Of a stretch of 64,000 bases of DNA, positions 1 to 10,408 are shown one piece after another. Position numbers and translations under genes: made by a program. A model generated the notes under the pieces. The model made no database searches, was not told the origin of the DNA, and worked only from the letters and a program-made list of their open reading frames with translations. The first letter of the stretch is position 1, and every line of letters begins with the position of its first letter. Source of the DNA: a candidate division WOR-3 bacterium. Lineage in GTDB: Bacteria > Hydrothermota > Tepidihabitantia > SM23-42. Location: NCBI GenBank assembly GCA_011052815.1, contig DRIG01000023.1, positions 466 through 64,465 of the forward strand. The letters are read 5' to 3'.

Positions 1-2
1 AG

Positions 3-95
3 TTTGATCTTCGTGATTTAGCTGTTGGGGTTTATTTCATCGTCGTCAAACAGGATAAAGAAAAGGTGAGTAAAAAGGTTTTGTTGATAAAGTAG
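3..95 (+). CDS. 3' end of a secreted protein with a T9SS type-A/FlgD-like C-terminal domain (partial, starts before the window)
   Basis: Manual translation FDLRDLAVGVYFIVVKQDKEKVSKKVLLIK*; the GVYF..V....K.L ending is typical of these CTDs. Confidence 0.7.
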   Translation, partial: FDLRDLAVGVYFIVVKQDKEKVSKKVLLIK

Positions 96-253
96 TTCTT
101 TTGTTTTTTCTTTAAACGTTTAATATATCTCTCGAACAAATTGTTATTCTCTATAAATATTGATAAGCAGAGTCCTTTCTAACTGTGTAACTACCGAGTG
201 GTAAGATTTCATGATTTAATCCTGTTAACTCAAAGATAAACTTGACGTCGGTG

Positions 254-484
254 TCACCAGACTGTTTCGTTACGGTGCTGATAACGGAAGATTGAATGCT
301 GATCCACATAATAAATTTGACCAATACCATATTTTAACGCCACCGATTTCATCACTTGGATATGTGCCCAGGTGGTTTCCACATCAATTAACTCCGCATA
401 GAGGATAATCGCTAAAATTACTCAGTCCGGTTTTATCTTTTAAAAAATACCCCCAAATAGTCCAGTTTTAACTTTTACCTAACA
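254..484 (-). pseudogene. Remnant of an integrase-core (IS481/ISNCY-like) transposase plus a probable IS end
   Basis: 254..418 translates ILAIILYAELIDVETTWAHIQVMKSVALKYGIGQIYYVDQHSIFRYQHRNETVW*, no start codon; 19-bp repeats at 424..442 and 459..477 (17/19); TGTTAGG end at 484. Confidence 0.55.
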
Positions 485-500
485 TCTCTCAAATCGAGTA

Positions 501-528
501 TTGACTTTGCCATATATTTACATAGAAT
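501..528 (+). promoter_or_regulatory. sigma70-type promoter TTGACT-N16-TAGAAT
   Basis: Read directly; AAGGAGG SD at 541-547 precedes the SPFH gene. Confidence 0.65.
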
Positions 529-552
529 ATACTATAAATAAAGGAGGTTAAA

Positions 553-1305
553 ATGCCTTTCAGCGGAATGATAATAGTCATCATTCTCTTAATTATCATC
601 AGCGCAATTAAGATCTTGAGAGAGTATGAGCGGGCAGTTGTCTTCAGACTCGGGAGGTTCTTAAGCGTCAAAGGACCCGGTCTATTCATTCTCTGGCCGG
701 GGATTGATAAAATGATCAAGGTATCACTGAGAGTAATCACAATGGATGTTCCTCCTCAGGACGTAATCACCAAAGACAACATTTCGATAAAGGTGAATGC
801 CGTGGCGTATTTCCGGGTCTTTGAACCGAGTAAAGCAATCCTGGAGGTCGAAGACTACCTCTATGCGACGAGCCAGCTTGCTCAAACCACACTGCGCAGT
901 GTACTCGGCGAATACGAACTCGATGATATCCTTATGAAACGGGAAAAGATAAATCTACGGCTGCAGAAGATCATCGACCTGCAGACCGACCCCTGGGGAA
1001 TAAAGGTTTCCACGGTTGAAATTAAGCACGTGGATATTCCCCAAGAGATGCAGAGGGCGATTGCCCGTCAGGCCGAAGCAGAAAGAGAACGTCGTGCAAA
1101 GGTGATTCATGCTGAAGGAGAACTGCAAGCCGCTGAGAAGTTGAACCAGGCAGCCAAGATAATAAGTGAAACACCTACCGGCATACAATTGCGTTTCCTG
1201 CAGACCCTGACCGAGGTGGCGACGGAGAAAAATTCAACGACGATCTTTCCGGTTCCGATAGACCTCTTTGCACCGTTCATAAAGAAAATCAGCAGTAAAG
1301 AATGA
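553..1305 (+). CDS. SPFH/stomatin (slipin) family membrane protein
   Basis: N-terminal [42 protein letters not shown]. Confidence 0.95.
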   Translation: MPFSGMIIVIILLIIISAIKILREYERAVVFRLGRFLSVKGPGLFILWPGIDKMIKVSLRVITMDVPPQDVITKDNISIKVNAVAYFRVFEPSKAILEVEDYLYATSQLAQTTLRSVLGEYELDDILMKREKINLRLQKIIDLQTDPWGIKVSTVEIKHVDIPQEMQRAIARQAEAERERRAKVIHAEGELQAAEKLNQAAKIISETPTGIQLRFLQTLTEVATEKNSTTIFPVPIDLFAPFIKKISSKE

Positions 1306-1784
1306 TTGATGTTTATCAGCAAAAATCCCTGAATTACTTCGAGGTCGTCAAAGATGTCATAAGGAAATACCTGGATTTAAATGTCTTTGACGCCGGTTCT
1401 TTCGAGATTCCAGCAAACGCCTATAATCCATTGCGTCAGCAGTACAACGCAATGCATATTATTAATTATCTCATTACACTGAGCGAAAAAAAGAAAGCTA
1501 TGAAGCTGGGAATTGTCGACGTTGACATCTATTCTCAAGGAATGAATTTCATCTTCGGTCTGGCAGCTCCCCTTCAAAAAACCGCTCTCGTCTCCACCCA
1601 CCGTCTATTCGGTGAAAGACTTCTCGAGAGAATCTCCAAAGAGGTAATCCATGAATTAGGACATCTTCTTGGTCTTCGGCACTGTTCTAATGAAAAATGT
1701 GTTATGCGTTTTTCTATGACGATTCAGGATACCGACGATAAGGATCTTGGTTTTTGTAAAGAATGCAGGAGTAAAATTGAATAA
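1302..1784 (+). CDS. Archaemetzincin family Zn metalloprotease
   Basis: [12 protein letters not shown] zinc motif, C..EKCVM.FS and terminal FCKEC Cys cluster. Confidence 0.9.
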   Translation: MIDVYQQKSLNYFEVVKDVIRKYLDLNVFDAGSFEIPANAYNPLRQQYNAMHIINYLITLSEKKKAMKLGIVDVDIYSQGMNFIFGLAAPLQKTALVSTHRLFGERLLERISKEVIHELGHLLGLRHCSNEKCVMRFSMTIQDTDDKDLGFCKECRSKIE

Positions 1785-2859
1785 ATACACTCTTTTCACC
1801 CCGGGGCCCACTGACATACCGCCTGACGTACTGAAAGTACTCTCAAAACCCATCTTCTATCATCGGGAAGAGAATTTCGCTAAACTTCTAAAAGAGGTAA
1901 CCGACGCCCTCGGAAAAATCCTCTCGAGCAGCGGTAAAATCTATTTCTTTACATCCTCGGGGACCGGAGCCATGGAAGCGGCATGTACCAATATTCTTTC
2001 AAGCAAGGATAAACCAGTCGTCGCGCTCTGTGGAAAATTCGGCCAGCGGTGGCTGGAATTATGTAAAGCGTACAGGATAAAACCGATTGTAATCAAAGAA
2101 GATTACGGTAAAGCGATATCTCCCGATAAAATAGAGAAAGTTCTAAAGAAACGGAAAAGTCCGACGGTGCTGTTTACAACCCTCACTGAAACTTCAACCG
2201 GGGTACTTAATGATATCAAAGCATTCGGTAAAATTACAAAAAAATTCAACGCATATCTGGTCGTCGACGGAGTCGCCGGTATCGGAGCCGACCGCTGTTA
2301 TCAGGACGAATGGAATATCGATATCCTGGTCGGAGCATCCCAGAAGGCATTGATGTCACCTCCTGGAATATCTTTTATTTCAGTCAGTAAACGCGCGCTT
2401 AAAAAAATACAAACCTCAACGCTTCCAAAGTATTATTTCGATCTCAATATATACGAAAAGTTCAGAGAAAAAGCGCAAACACCCTGGACGCCTGCAATCA
2501 ACGTCCTCGTCGGCCTCGCCCGCGGTCTCAAAATTATTCTGAAAAGAGGCATCGAGAAAAATTTTCTATATCACCAGAGACTCGGCGACCATACGCGTCA
2601 ACGTGTTCAAAAGATGGGGCTTGAGATAATGCCAAGCCGTCCTTCAAACGCATTAACCGTCGTAAAGATGCCTGAGGATATCGGTGCCACACGGATTATA
2701 AAGAGAGTAAAAGAAAAATACGGCATACTCTTTGCCGACGGTCAGGCGGAACTTAAAAACAGGATAATCAGAATCGGACATATGGGTAATTACTCGATAA
2801 GAAAAATGGACCGGGCACTTGATGCCTTAGCAGAGGTCTTAAACCAATGGAGAAGGTAG
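1777..2859 (+). CDS. Class V PLP aminotransferase (alanine-glyoxylate/serine-pyruvate type)
   Basis: LFTPGPT, SSGTGAMEA, ETSTG, VDGVA, SQKALM Lys; start moved to TTG 1777 behind an AGGAG SD. Confidence 0.9.
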   Translation: MNKYTLFTPGPTDIPPDVLKVLSKPIFYHREENFAKLLKEVTDALGKILSSSGKIYFFTSSGTGAMEAACTNILSSKDKPVVALCGKFGQRWLELCKAYRIKPIVIKEDYGKAISPDKIEKVLKKRKSPTVLFTTLTETSTGVLNDIKAFGKITKKFNAYLVVDGVAGIGADRCYQDEWNIDILVGASQKALMSPPGISFISVSKRALKKIQTSTLPKYYFDLNIYEKFREKAQTPWTPAINVLVGLARGLKIILKRGIEKNFLYHQRLGDHTRQRVQKMGLEIMPSRPSNALTVVKMPEDIGATRIIKRVKEKYGILFADGQAELKNRIIRIGHMGNYSIRKMDRALDALAEVLNQWRR

Positions 2860-2860
2860 T

Positions 2861-3865
2861 ATGAATAGATACATTAAGTTGGGATTTGAAGGTATTGAGC
2901 TGGAGCTTCCGGTTCACGCCCTGTATCTCTATCGGGAGAGCGACCAGCTCCTTTCCAACATCATCCCTCTGATTACCGAGGGAAATGAAAGAAAGGAAAG
3001 ATGTATCTTCATCGGTAAAGAAAAAGAGTGTAAACTCTTAAAGAAAAGATTCAAAAAACATATTACGACAATCAGTAAAGGCGTGGAAGCTGCGGATTTT
3101 ATTCCCTGGATAAAAAGTGAGTATGACAAACTGCCGAAATCATATCGAGGATTGAGGGTATTTCTCCAGAGTACCCCAGATTTTATTAACTATGAAGATA
3201 TTCTCGATGACTTCAACACTCAACCTGATCTCCGTCTCTTCTTATTGTGCCAGTATCAAATAACCGACATCAGCTCTGATCAACTCCTCAATATTCTCAA
3301 AATACATCCCTATGTCTTCGTCGAGCATCTTTTGAAACCGAACTGTTTCTACTCAAGGGTGAAACATCGCATCTGGCTGGATCCTTTAACCGGTATCTTC
3401 AACAGGCGATATTTCGAAAATCAGCTGAGTAAAGAACTGCAGCGCGCCTCACGCTATGAACACACCCTTTCGATTCTCTTCATCGACATCGATCAGTTCA
3501 AGAAGATAAATGATGAGTTCGGTCATCAGGTCGGAGACAGCGTTCTTTCTCAATTATCCGACATCCTTGAAAGAAGCGTCCGCAGTGTCGACGTGGTGGC
3601 GCGTTACGGAGGCGATGAATTCATCATTTTACTTCCTGAAACCAAGAAAACCTATGCACTCAAAACCGCGGAACGGATATTGAAACACATAAAAAACTAT
3701 GATTTTTTCAAAAATGCGCTTAAGGTGAAAGAGTTGAATATCTCAATCGGGATCGCCGGTTTTCCTGAAGATGCGGGAGGTACGTATGAATTAATCAAGA
3801 AAGCGGATACAGCTCTTTACCAGGCGAAACGCGAGGGCGGTGGAAAAGCACTTTTATGTAAATAG
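2861..3865 (+). CDS. Diguanylate cyclase with N-terminal MEDS-like sensory domain
   Basis: DPLTGIFNRR, RSVD I-site, RYGGDEF; N-terminal HALYLY..., LLCQY, HPYV fits MEDS. Confidence 0.88.
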   Translation: MNRYIKLGFEGIELELPVHALYLYRESDQLLSNIIPLITEGNERKERCIFIGKEKECKLLKKRFKKHITTISKGVEAADFIPWIKSEYDKLPKSYRGLRVFLQSTPDFINYEDILDDFNTQPDLRLFLLCQYQITDISSDQLLNILKIHPYVFVEHLLKPNCFYSRVKHRIWLDPLTGIFNRRYFENQLSKELQRASRYEHTLSILFIDIDQFKKINDEFGHQVGDSVLSQLSDILERSVRSVDVVARYGGDEFIILLPETKKTYALKTAERILKHIKNYDFFKNALKVKELNISIGIAGFPEDAGGTYELIKKADTALYQAKREGGGKALLCK

Positions 3866-3894
3866 GTTCCATTTAATTTTTATAAGGAGGTAAA

Positions 3895-4344
3895 ATGCCG
3901 ATAACACCGTTAGAAATACGGAAACAGGAATTTAGAAAATCACTGCGCGGCTATGATCCTCATGAAGTCCGTTCTTTTCTGGAAATGGTCTCCACGGAAA
4001 TAGAAAATCTGTTGAGAGAAAACGCGGGTTTGAATGAAAAGGTGAAGGATATGGATGCAAAGATCGAAGACTACCGACGGATGGAGAAGATACTCCAGGA
4101 CACCCTCACCACCACACAGAAAGCCGCTGACGAAGTGAAGAACGGCGCCCGTAAAGAAGCCGAAACCATAATCGCAAATGCACGGGTTGAAGCCCAGCGA
4201 TTTTTGAAAGAAGCCCAATCCGAACTCGCCCGGGTAAAAGAAGAGACAAAGATGATCGAGCATCAAAAACTGTTGCTGGTTTCAGAATTCCGCGGACTTC
4301 TGGAATCCTACCTGAGACTCCTTGAAAGGCTGGAAAATAAATGA
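3895..4344 (+). CDS. DivIVA domain protein
   Basis: ITPLEIRKQEFRKSLRGYDPHEVRSFL followed by coiled coil. Confidence 0.92.
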   Translation: MPITPLEIRKQEFRKSLRGYDPHEVRSFLEMVSTEIENLLRENAGLNEKVKDMDAKIEDYRRMEKILQDTLTTTQKAADEVKNGARKEAETIIANARVEAQRFLKEAQSELARVKEETKMIEHQKLLLVSEFRGLLESYLRLLERLENK

Positions 4345-4355
4345 GGAAAGAATAA

Positions 4356-5168
4356 GTGAGGGAAAAAGCTACAGAAGCAGCACGGTTTTTAAGGCGGAAG
4401 ATAAAAGCCAGGCCGCGCATCGGAATCATTCTCGGTACTGGTCTCCATCAACTGGCAAAGGCGATCACTGTGAAGGCTTCAATTCCTTATGAAAAAATTC
4501 CCAACTTTCCCACTTCAACCGTGGAATTTCACAAAGGAAGACTGCTTATCGGCAGGCTGAGGGGCAAACAGATCATCGCCATGCAGGGACGTTTTCATTA
4601 CTATGAAGGATATAGTGCAAAAGAAATAACCCTTCCCATCATTGTAATGAAAATGCTCGGCATAAGATACCTGATAATCTCCAATGCCAGCGGCGGCCTG
4701 AATCCACAATTTTCACCGGGTGATATAATGGTGATCACCGACCATATAAATCTCCTGCCTGATAATCCTCTACGCGGTCCCAATGATCCCCGCCTGGGTC
4801 CGAGATTTCCTGATCTGTACAACTGTTATAATGACCGCCTGATTAAATCGGCGGAAGAGGTTGCTTTAAAGAAAAGGATAAAGATACAGAAAGGTGTCTA
4901 TGTCGCTGTGCCGGGTCCCAATCTCGAAACAGGAGCGGAGTACCGCTTTTTAAGGATAATCGGAGCCGATGCCGTAGGTATGTCCACTGTTCCCGAGGTT
5001 ATAATGGCACGTTATCTGAATATAAAGGTGCTGGGTCTGTCAATCATAACCGATATGGGGATCGCCGACGCACTGGAACCCGCCAGCCTGGAAAAAATTC
5101 TGAAAACCGCGGCTAAAGCTGAACCTTTTTTAACGAAACTCGTTTCCGGAATAATCGAAAAATTATGA
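4356..5168 (+). CDS. punA: Purine nucleoside phosphorylase (trimeric type)
   Basis: GIILGTGL, MQGRFHYYEG, GPNLET.AE, VGMSTVPE. Confidence 0.93.
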   Translation: MREKATEAARFLRRKIKARPRIGIILGTGLHQLAKAITVKASIPYEKIPNFPTSTVEFHKGRLLIGRLRGKQIIAMQGRFHYYEGYSAKEITLPIIVMKMLGIRYLIISNASGGLNPQFSPGDIMVITDHINLLPDNPLRGPNDPRLGPRFPDLYNCYNDRLIKSAEEVALKKRIKIQKGVYVAVPGPNLETGAEYRFLRIIGADAVGMSTVPEVIMARYLNIKVLGLSIITDMGIADALEPASLEKILKTAAKAEPFLTKLVSGIIEKL

Positions 5169-6058
5169 AAATAAAATTTCATCTATTAATATGGTCCTCT
5201 TTTTTTATCCTCTTTTTTATCAATTGCTCGAATAAAACAGAACATATCAAAAAAGCGCGTGAGTTTATTAAGAAATGGGACTATGATCGGGCTTTGACGG
5301 AAATCATTTCATACAGAAGAGAACAGGATGCAGAAGTGCAGTATCTTCTGGGTTACTGCTATCTGAAAAAAAACGTCTTTGAGGAAGCGGCTAATTATTT
5401 CAAAAATTCATTGGCGATAGATGATCTTTTTAAAGACAGTATCATAAACATCTATGATAAACTCGCAAAGAATGCACTCAGGATAAATGAACCGGAGCGG
5501 GCGCTCATCTTTTATCAGGAAGCGGCGAAACTGGTGCCTGAATACGAACAGGCGAGTAACCTCTTTTTGATCGCCGGTTTGAACTTCAAAAAAGGCAATT
5601 ATCCCGCCGCTTTAAAGGCGTTCATGCGCGCATTTGAAATCGACTCGACCTCAGAGCAGGCGAAGAAAGCAAAATACAACTACATAAAAACACTTAAGGA
5701 ATGTGACAGTCTGGAACAGGCGCTGCACCTTGCCGAAGAAGAATACGAAAAATTAAAGACCGCCGCCAATATGCTGCAGTTGAATGAGATCCGGTTTGAA
5801 CTCGGCAGGAAATTGTTTACAGAAGGAGCCCTGGACAGTGCGTCGCTCTTCTTTGAACAGATTCTCGCGATGCAGGAGCCGAAATCCCTGCTGGACATTT
5901 CATATTTTTATATGGGAGAAATCCACCTCAAAAAAGGAGATCAGTCAGCGGCTCTCAAGATGTACAAGAAGGTGCTGCGGCTGAATCCTTATGAAAAAGG
6001 AGAAATTGTCAAAAAAGCAAAGGAACGCATAAAAGAATTGAAGGAGAAGAACCGATGA
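5165..6058 (+). CDS. TPR-repeat lipoprotein
   Basis: Hydrophobic N-terminus with lipobox-like FINC; multiple TPR helices. Confidence 0.8.
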   Translation: MKIKFHLLIWSSFFILFFINCSNKTEHIKKAREFIKKWDYDRALTEIISYRREQDAEVQYLLGYCYLKKNVFEEAANYFKNSLAIDDLFKDSIINIYDKLAKNALRINEPERALIFYQEAAKLVPEYEQASNLFLIAGLNFKKGNYPAALKAFMRAFEIDSTSEQAKKAKYNYIKTLKECDSLEQALHLAEEEYEKLKTAANMLQLNEIRFELGRKLFTEGALDSASLFFEQILAMQEPKSLLDISYFYMGEIHLKKGDQSAALKMYKKVLRLNPYEKGEIVKKAKERIKELKEKNR

Positions 6059-6819
6059 AACTCAACGCCTTTCTTTTCATGGTTTTCTTCCTCATCGCTC
6101 TTCTATCGTGTGGAAGCAGACAGGCCGTCACAGTACCGCTGGAGCCCGATATTCAGTTTGAAACCGCTATGGAATATTTTAAAGCGGGAAAGTACGACAA
6201 AGCCATACCACTCTTTGAAAAGATACTTTTTTATCATCCCTCATCCGAATATGTAGACGATGCGCAGTACTGGCTGGGAAAAGCGTATTTTGAGAAGAAA
6301 GACTACAACCAGGCGATTATTGAATTTGATTATCTCATTAAGAATTTCACGACGTCGAAATTCATCGAAGATGCATATTTTTATCGGGCGAAATCATATC
6401 TCAACAAAGCGCCGGGTTATGAAAAAGACCCCACGGAGACAGAGAATGCAATAACCCTTTTCGACCAGTTTCTGACAAAATTTCCAGGTTCCAAATATAT
6501 TGATGAAGTGAAGAAATCAATATTATCAGCACGCAACCGCCTGGCAAAAAAAGAACTGGAAAACGGAAAGCTCTATATAAAACTGGGGGAAAAAGATGCG
6601 GCCCTCCTCTACTTCAACTATGTTATGGAAAATTATCCCGAGACGGACGCGAGCAATGAAGCAAAATATCTGGCGGCGACGCTTTATGAGAAAAAAGGTA
6701 TGACTGAGGAAGCGCTGAACCTCTATAAAGCCCTTATGGAAGAAGAAGAGTGGAAGGAAAGAGTAAAAGAGAGAATCGAACGGATAAATCAGAAAGATCA
6801 ACAATCAGTAAATGAATAG
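6055..6819 (+). CDS. bamD: Outer membrane assembly factor BamD
   Basis: Lipobox LLSC, TPRs, RNRLAKKELENGKLY, AALLYFNYVMENYPET. Confidence 0.85.
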   Translation: MKLNAFLFMVFFLIALLSCGSRQAVTVPLEPDIQFETAMEYFKAGKYDKAIPLFEKILFYHPSSEYVDDAQYWLGKAYFEKKDYNQAIIEFDYLIKNFTTSKFIEDAYFYRAKSYLNKAPGYEKDPTETENAITLFDQFLTKFPGSKYIDEVKKSILSARNRLAKKELENGKLYIKLGEKDAALLYFNYVMENYPETDASNEAKYLAATLYEKKGMTEEALNLYKALMEEEEWKERVKERIERINQKDQQSVNE

Positions 6820-7402
6820 AAGAAAAAAAATCGGTGTATTCGGCGGCCTCTTCGACCCGCCGCATATCGGTCACCTCATTATCGCTCAATCGATTCTGGA
6901 AGAATTCCATTTTGAAAAAATAATCTTCATCCCGGCGGGAAACCCTCCTCATAAAAGAAGATACTCACCATATAAAATTCGATTCCATATGACGAAACTG
7001 GCGATAGAAGATAATAAAAAATTCTTAATAAGCAACATTGAAGAAAAAATAACGGGAAAGACCTATACCGTTGAAGTGATTAAAGAACTGAAAAGAAGAA
7101 TCAACGGTGCACTATACCTCATCATCGGAAGTGATCAGTGGGCTGAAATCAAAACCTGGAAAAATCCGGATGAATTATTCAAACACTGCAGAGTCATCGT
7201 TGCACCGCGCGCCCCGTATAAAATAAAAAAGGTAAGGCGCCTCTCCAATAAGCTCCTGATCGCCCATACACCTTTGATTAATATCTCTTCAAGCGATATA
7301 AGAAAAAGACTCAAAAGGAATCGAAGTATTCAATACCTCGTGCCGTCGAAGGTTCATCAATACATCAAAAAAAAGAGATTGTACCAAAGCGTTGATTCAT
7401 AA
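6812..7402 (+). CDS. nadD: Nicotinate-nucleotide adenylyltransferase
   Basis: GGLFDPPHIGH, GSDQ, ISSSDIR. Confidence 0.95.
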   Translation: MNRRKKIGVFGGLFDPPHIGHLIIAQSILEEFHFEKIIFIPAGNPPHKRRYSPYKIRFHMTKLAIEDNKKFLISNIEEKITGKTYTVEVIKELKRRINGALYLIIGSDQWAEIKTWKNPDELFKHCRVIVAPRAPYKIKKVRRLSNKLLIAHTPLINISSSDIRKRLKRNRSIQYLVPSKVHQYIKKKRLYQSVDS

Positions 7403-7421
7403 AAGCCACTCAAGATGATAC

Positions 7422-7449
7422 TTGTCACCGATTTGAGATTACGTATAAT
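7422..7449 (+). promoter_or_regulatory. Promoter TTGTCA-N16-TATAAT, leaderless to polA
   Basis: ATG 7 nt after the -10 box, no SD. Confidence 0.6.
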
Positions 7450-7456
7450 ATAGCTT

Positions 7457-9904
7457 ATGGCAAAGACCTTCGTCCTTATCGACGCCCACTCCCTTATCTA
7501 TCGCTCATACTTCGCCTTCAGTAAAAATCCATTAAAGAACAGTAAAGGGATGACCACTTCAGGAATATTCGGTTTTCTCAACACATTCGAAAAAATCAAA
7601 CAGCGGTTCACTACTGATTACATTGCACTCGCCTTTGACGCACCGGGCAAAACATTCCGTGACGAGGTTTATGAAGAGTATAAAGCAACTCGACCGCCGA
7701 CCCCCCCTGATCTGCCGTTCCAGGTGGAAAAGGTCAAAGAAATCTGCCGTTATCTGGGAATCACCGGTTTTGAACTTGAAGGATATGAAGCCGATGATAT
7801 CTTGGCTACCTGTGTCGTGAAGTTAAAAAAAGAAGGAACGATTTATATCGTCACTTCAGACAAAGACCTTATGCAACTGGTGGACGATACGGTTTTTCTC
7901 TATGATGCCTATAAAGACATTGTTTATGATCGGGAAAGGGTCATACAAAAATTCGGGGTGCCGCCGGAACGAATCGGTGAATATCTCGCCCTGACCGGCG
8001 ATGCGAGCGACAATATCCCCGGAGTTCCCGGTATCGGTCCGAAGCGCGCCACCGCCATCCTGAAAAAATACTCAAGGTTCGAAGATATGATTGTATCCGA
8101 GAAAAAGCTCGTCGAGTATAAAGAACAGGCACTCCTGTCCCGAAGACTCGTAACCCTTGAGTTCAACGTTCCCCTGAAGATTACACCTGAAGATCTCAAG
8201 ATCAAACCTCTGACCAGAGATAAACTGATGCCCCTGCTCATCGACCTCGAACTCCATTCATACATAAAAACCCTGTCAAAAACCGGTATGGCCGAAGCGA
8301 CGTCGAAATCCGTTGATACCGTCCCCCCACTTAAACAAGGAACGGCCGTCGCCGTATTCAAAGAAAACGATGAAGAAATATACTTCTGTATCGATGAAAA
8401 TGAAATCTACAAAACATCTTTAAAGGCGGCAGAGGGATTCTTGAAGAACCGAACCATTACAAAAGTAGGCCATGATTTGAAGAACCTGCTGAAAGGCGGT
8501 GAGACAGAACCTCCTTTCTTTGACGTCACCATCGCCGCATGGCTCATTGATCCGAATAAAAGGCAGTACAAACTTGAAGACACCGTACTCGCTTATCTGA
8601 ACGAATATCTGAGAATGACACCCGCAAATGCGGTCTCTTCGATTTTTAAATTATATCCGATACTTAAAAAACGACTTGAGGAATTGAAAGAATTAAAACT
8701 CTATCAAGAGATCGAAGAACCGTTGATCTCGGTATTGGCGCGGATGGAACAAAGGGGTATCTGCGTGGACATCGACTATCTCAAAGGGCTGCTTGATGAG
8801 TTCAACGATGAGATAACGGCGATTCAGAATAAAATTTACGATCTTGCCGGTAGAAGATTCAACATCAATTCACCGAAACAACTATCGACCGTTCTGTTTG
8901 AGGATCTTGCGCTGAGACCGTCGAAAAAGGGAAAGAGCCATTACTCCACCAGGGTCGAGGTACTGGAACAACTCAGCAGCGTACACCCCCTTCCCGCTCA
9001 AATCCTTAAATACCGTGAATATACAAAAATCAAATCGACCTATATCGAACCCCTGATTGCGGCTGCCCGCAACGGCCGTGTTCACACGACATTCAACCAA
9101 ACAGGTACGGCGACGGGACGACTATCCTCATCCAATCCCAATATTCAGAATATACCCATCAGAACCGCGGTCGGACGTCGAATAAGAAAAGGATTTATCG
9201 CAGAAAAGGGCTTTCTGCTCGTCTCCGCCGACTATTCCCAGATTGAGCTGAGACTCCTCGCTCATGTTTCAGGTGATGAAACACTTATCCGGGCGTTCAA
9301 AGAGAAGAAGGACATCCATACCCATACTGCTTCACTGGTCTTTGATATACCTGAAGATAAAGTCGACGACAAAAAGAGAAGGATGGCGAAAGTCGTGAAT
9401 TACGGGCTCATATATGGAATGAGTGATTATGGACTCGCCCGGGGGCTCGATATCTCCCGCGAGCAGGCCCTCCAGTTCATCCAATCTTATTATAATCTTT
9501 ATCCGGGAGTGGCTGAATGGCGGAGATCCGCCGTCGCCGCAGCCGAAGAAAAGGGATATACTGAAACTCTGCTCGGCAGGAAAAGGCCCCTCCCCCATAT
9601 TCATTCGCAGAATCATACCCTGCGGGAGTTTTCCAAAAGGGCGGCGATCAACACCCCGATACAGGGAACTGCAGCGGATTTGATAAAAATCGCTATGCTC
9701 CGCGTTGAAAAAGAACTTTCGAGAAAAGGGTTCAAACGAGGGCTCCTTCTCTCGATCCACGACGAATTGATTTTTGAAATCGAAGCTGAAAGAATCGACG
9801 AGGGCAGGGAAGTTATAAAAGAATGCATGGAAAAGGCGCTCGACCTCAAAATCCCGATTGAGGTCACCATCGGCACAGGCGGTAATTGGGATGAAATTCA
9901 TTGA
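7457..9904 (+). CDS. polA: DNA polymerase I
   Basis: 5' nuclease motifs (EADD, DKDL, GDASDNIPGV), ADYSQIELR, KVVNYGLIYG, IHDE. Confidence 0.98.
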   Translation: MAKTFVLIDAHSLIYRSYFAFSKNPLKNSKGMTTSGIFGFLNTFEKIKQRFTTDYIALAFDAPGKTFRDEVYEEYKATRPPTPPDLPFQVEKVKEICRYLGITGFELEGYEADDILATCVVKLKKEGTIYIVTSDKDLMQLVDDTVFLYDAYKDIVYDRERVIQKFGVPPERIGEYLALTGDASDNIPGVPGIGPKRATAILKKYSRFEDMIVSEKKLVEYKEQALLSRRLVTLEFNVPLKITPEDLKIKPLTRDKLMPLLIDLELHSYIKTLSKTGMAEATSKSVDTVPPLKQGTAVAVFKENDEEIYFCIDENEIYKTSLKAAEGFLKNRTITKVGHDLKNLLKGGETEPPFFDVTIAAWLIDPNKRQYKLEDTVLAYLNEYLRMTPANAVSSIFKLYPILKKRLEELKELKLYQEIEEPLISVLARMEQRGICVDIDYLKGLLDEFNDEITAIQNKIYDLAGRRFNINSPKQLSTVLFEDLALRPSKKGKSHYSTRVEVLEQLSSVHPLPAQILKYREYTKIKSTYIEPLIAAARNGRVHTTFNQTGTATGRLSSSNPNIQNIPIRTAVGRRIRKGFIAEKGFLLVSADYSQIELRLLAHVSGDETLIRAFKEKKDIHTHTASLVFDIPEDKVDDKKRRMAKVVNYGLIYGMSDYGLARGLDISREQALQFIQSYYNLYPGVAEWRRSAVAAAEEKGYTETLLGRKRPLPHIHSQNHTLREFSKRAAINTPIQGTAADLIKIAMLRVEKELSRKGFKRGLLLSIHDELIFEIEAERIDEGREVIKECMEKALDLKIPIEVTIGTGGNWDEIH

Positions 9905-9913
9905 TTATTTGTG

Positions 9914-9941
9914 TTGACATTTTGAAAATTTTATCTATAAT
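9914..9941 (+). promoter_or_regulatory. Promoter TTGACA-N16-TATAAT, leaderless to rplM
   Basis: Perfect consensus; ATG 8 nt downstream, no SD. Confidence 0.75.
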
Positions 9942-9949
9942 AATAGTCT

Positions 9950-10378
9950 ATGAAAACAAAAGTTTTGAAGAAAAATGATGTGAGCAGAAAGTGGTATGTG
10001 GTGGACGCCACTGATAAGGTTTTAGGAAGATTTGCGTCTAAGATCGCCGGATTGCTTATCGGTAAGAATAAACCGCAGTATACACCACATATCGACTGCG
10101 GTGATTTCGTGGTTGTCGTCAACGCCGATAAGTTTCGTGTGACCGGCAAGAAATTAAAAGATAAAATATATTATTCACACTCTTTTTATCCGGGTGGGCT
10201 CAAGGAGATAAGTCTTGAAATGCTTATGAAAAAGGACCCGAAACGTGCGATATATCATGCGGTAAGCGGAATGCTTCCCAAAAACAGGTTGCGTGCGAGA
10301 AGATTAAAGCGGTTGAAGATCTATACTTCCTCGGAGCATCCCCATAAAGCGCAATCCCCCACCAAAATTGAGTTATAA
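9950..10378 (+). CDS. rplM: 50S ribosomal protein L13
   Basis: RKWYVVDA, GKNKPQYTPHIDCGD, GMLPKN. Confidence 0.98.
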   Translation: MKTKVLKKNDVSRKWYVVDATDKVLGRFASKIAGLLIGKNKPQYTPHIDCGDFVVVVNADKFRVTGKKLKDKIYYSHSFYPGGLKEISLEMLMKKDPKRAIYHAVSGMLPKNRLRARRLKRLKIYTSSEHPHKAQSPTKIEL

Positions 10379-10408
10379 GAGTGAAATCAGTAAGGAGGAA
10401 AAAGATAT

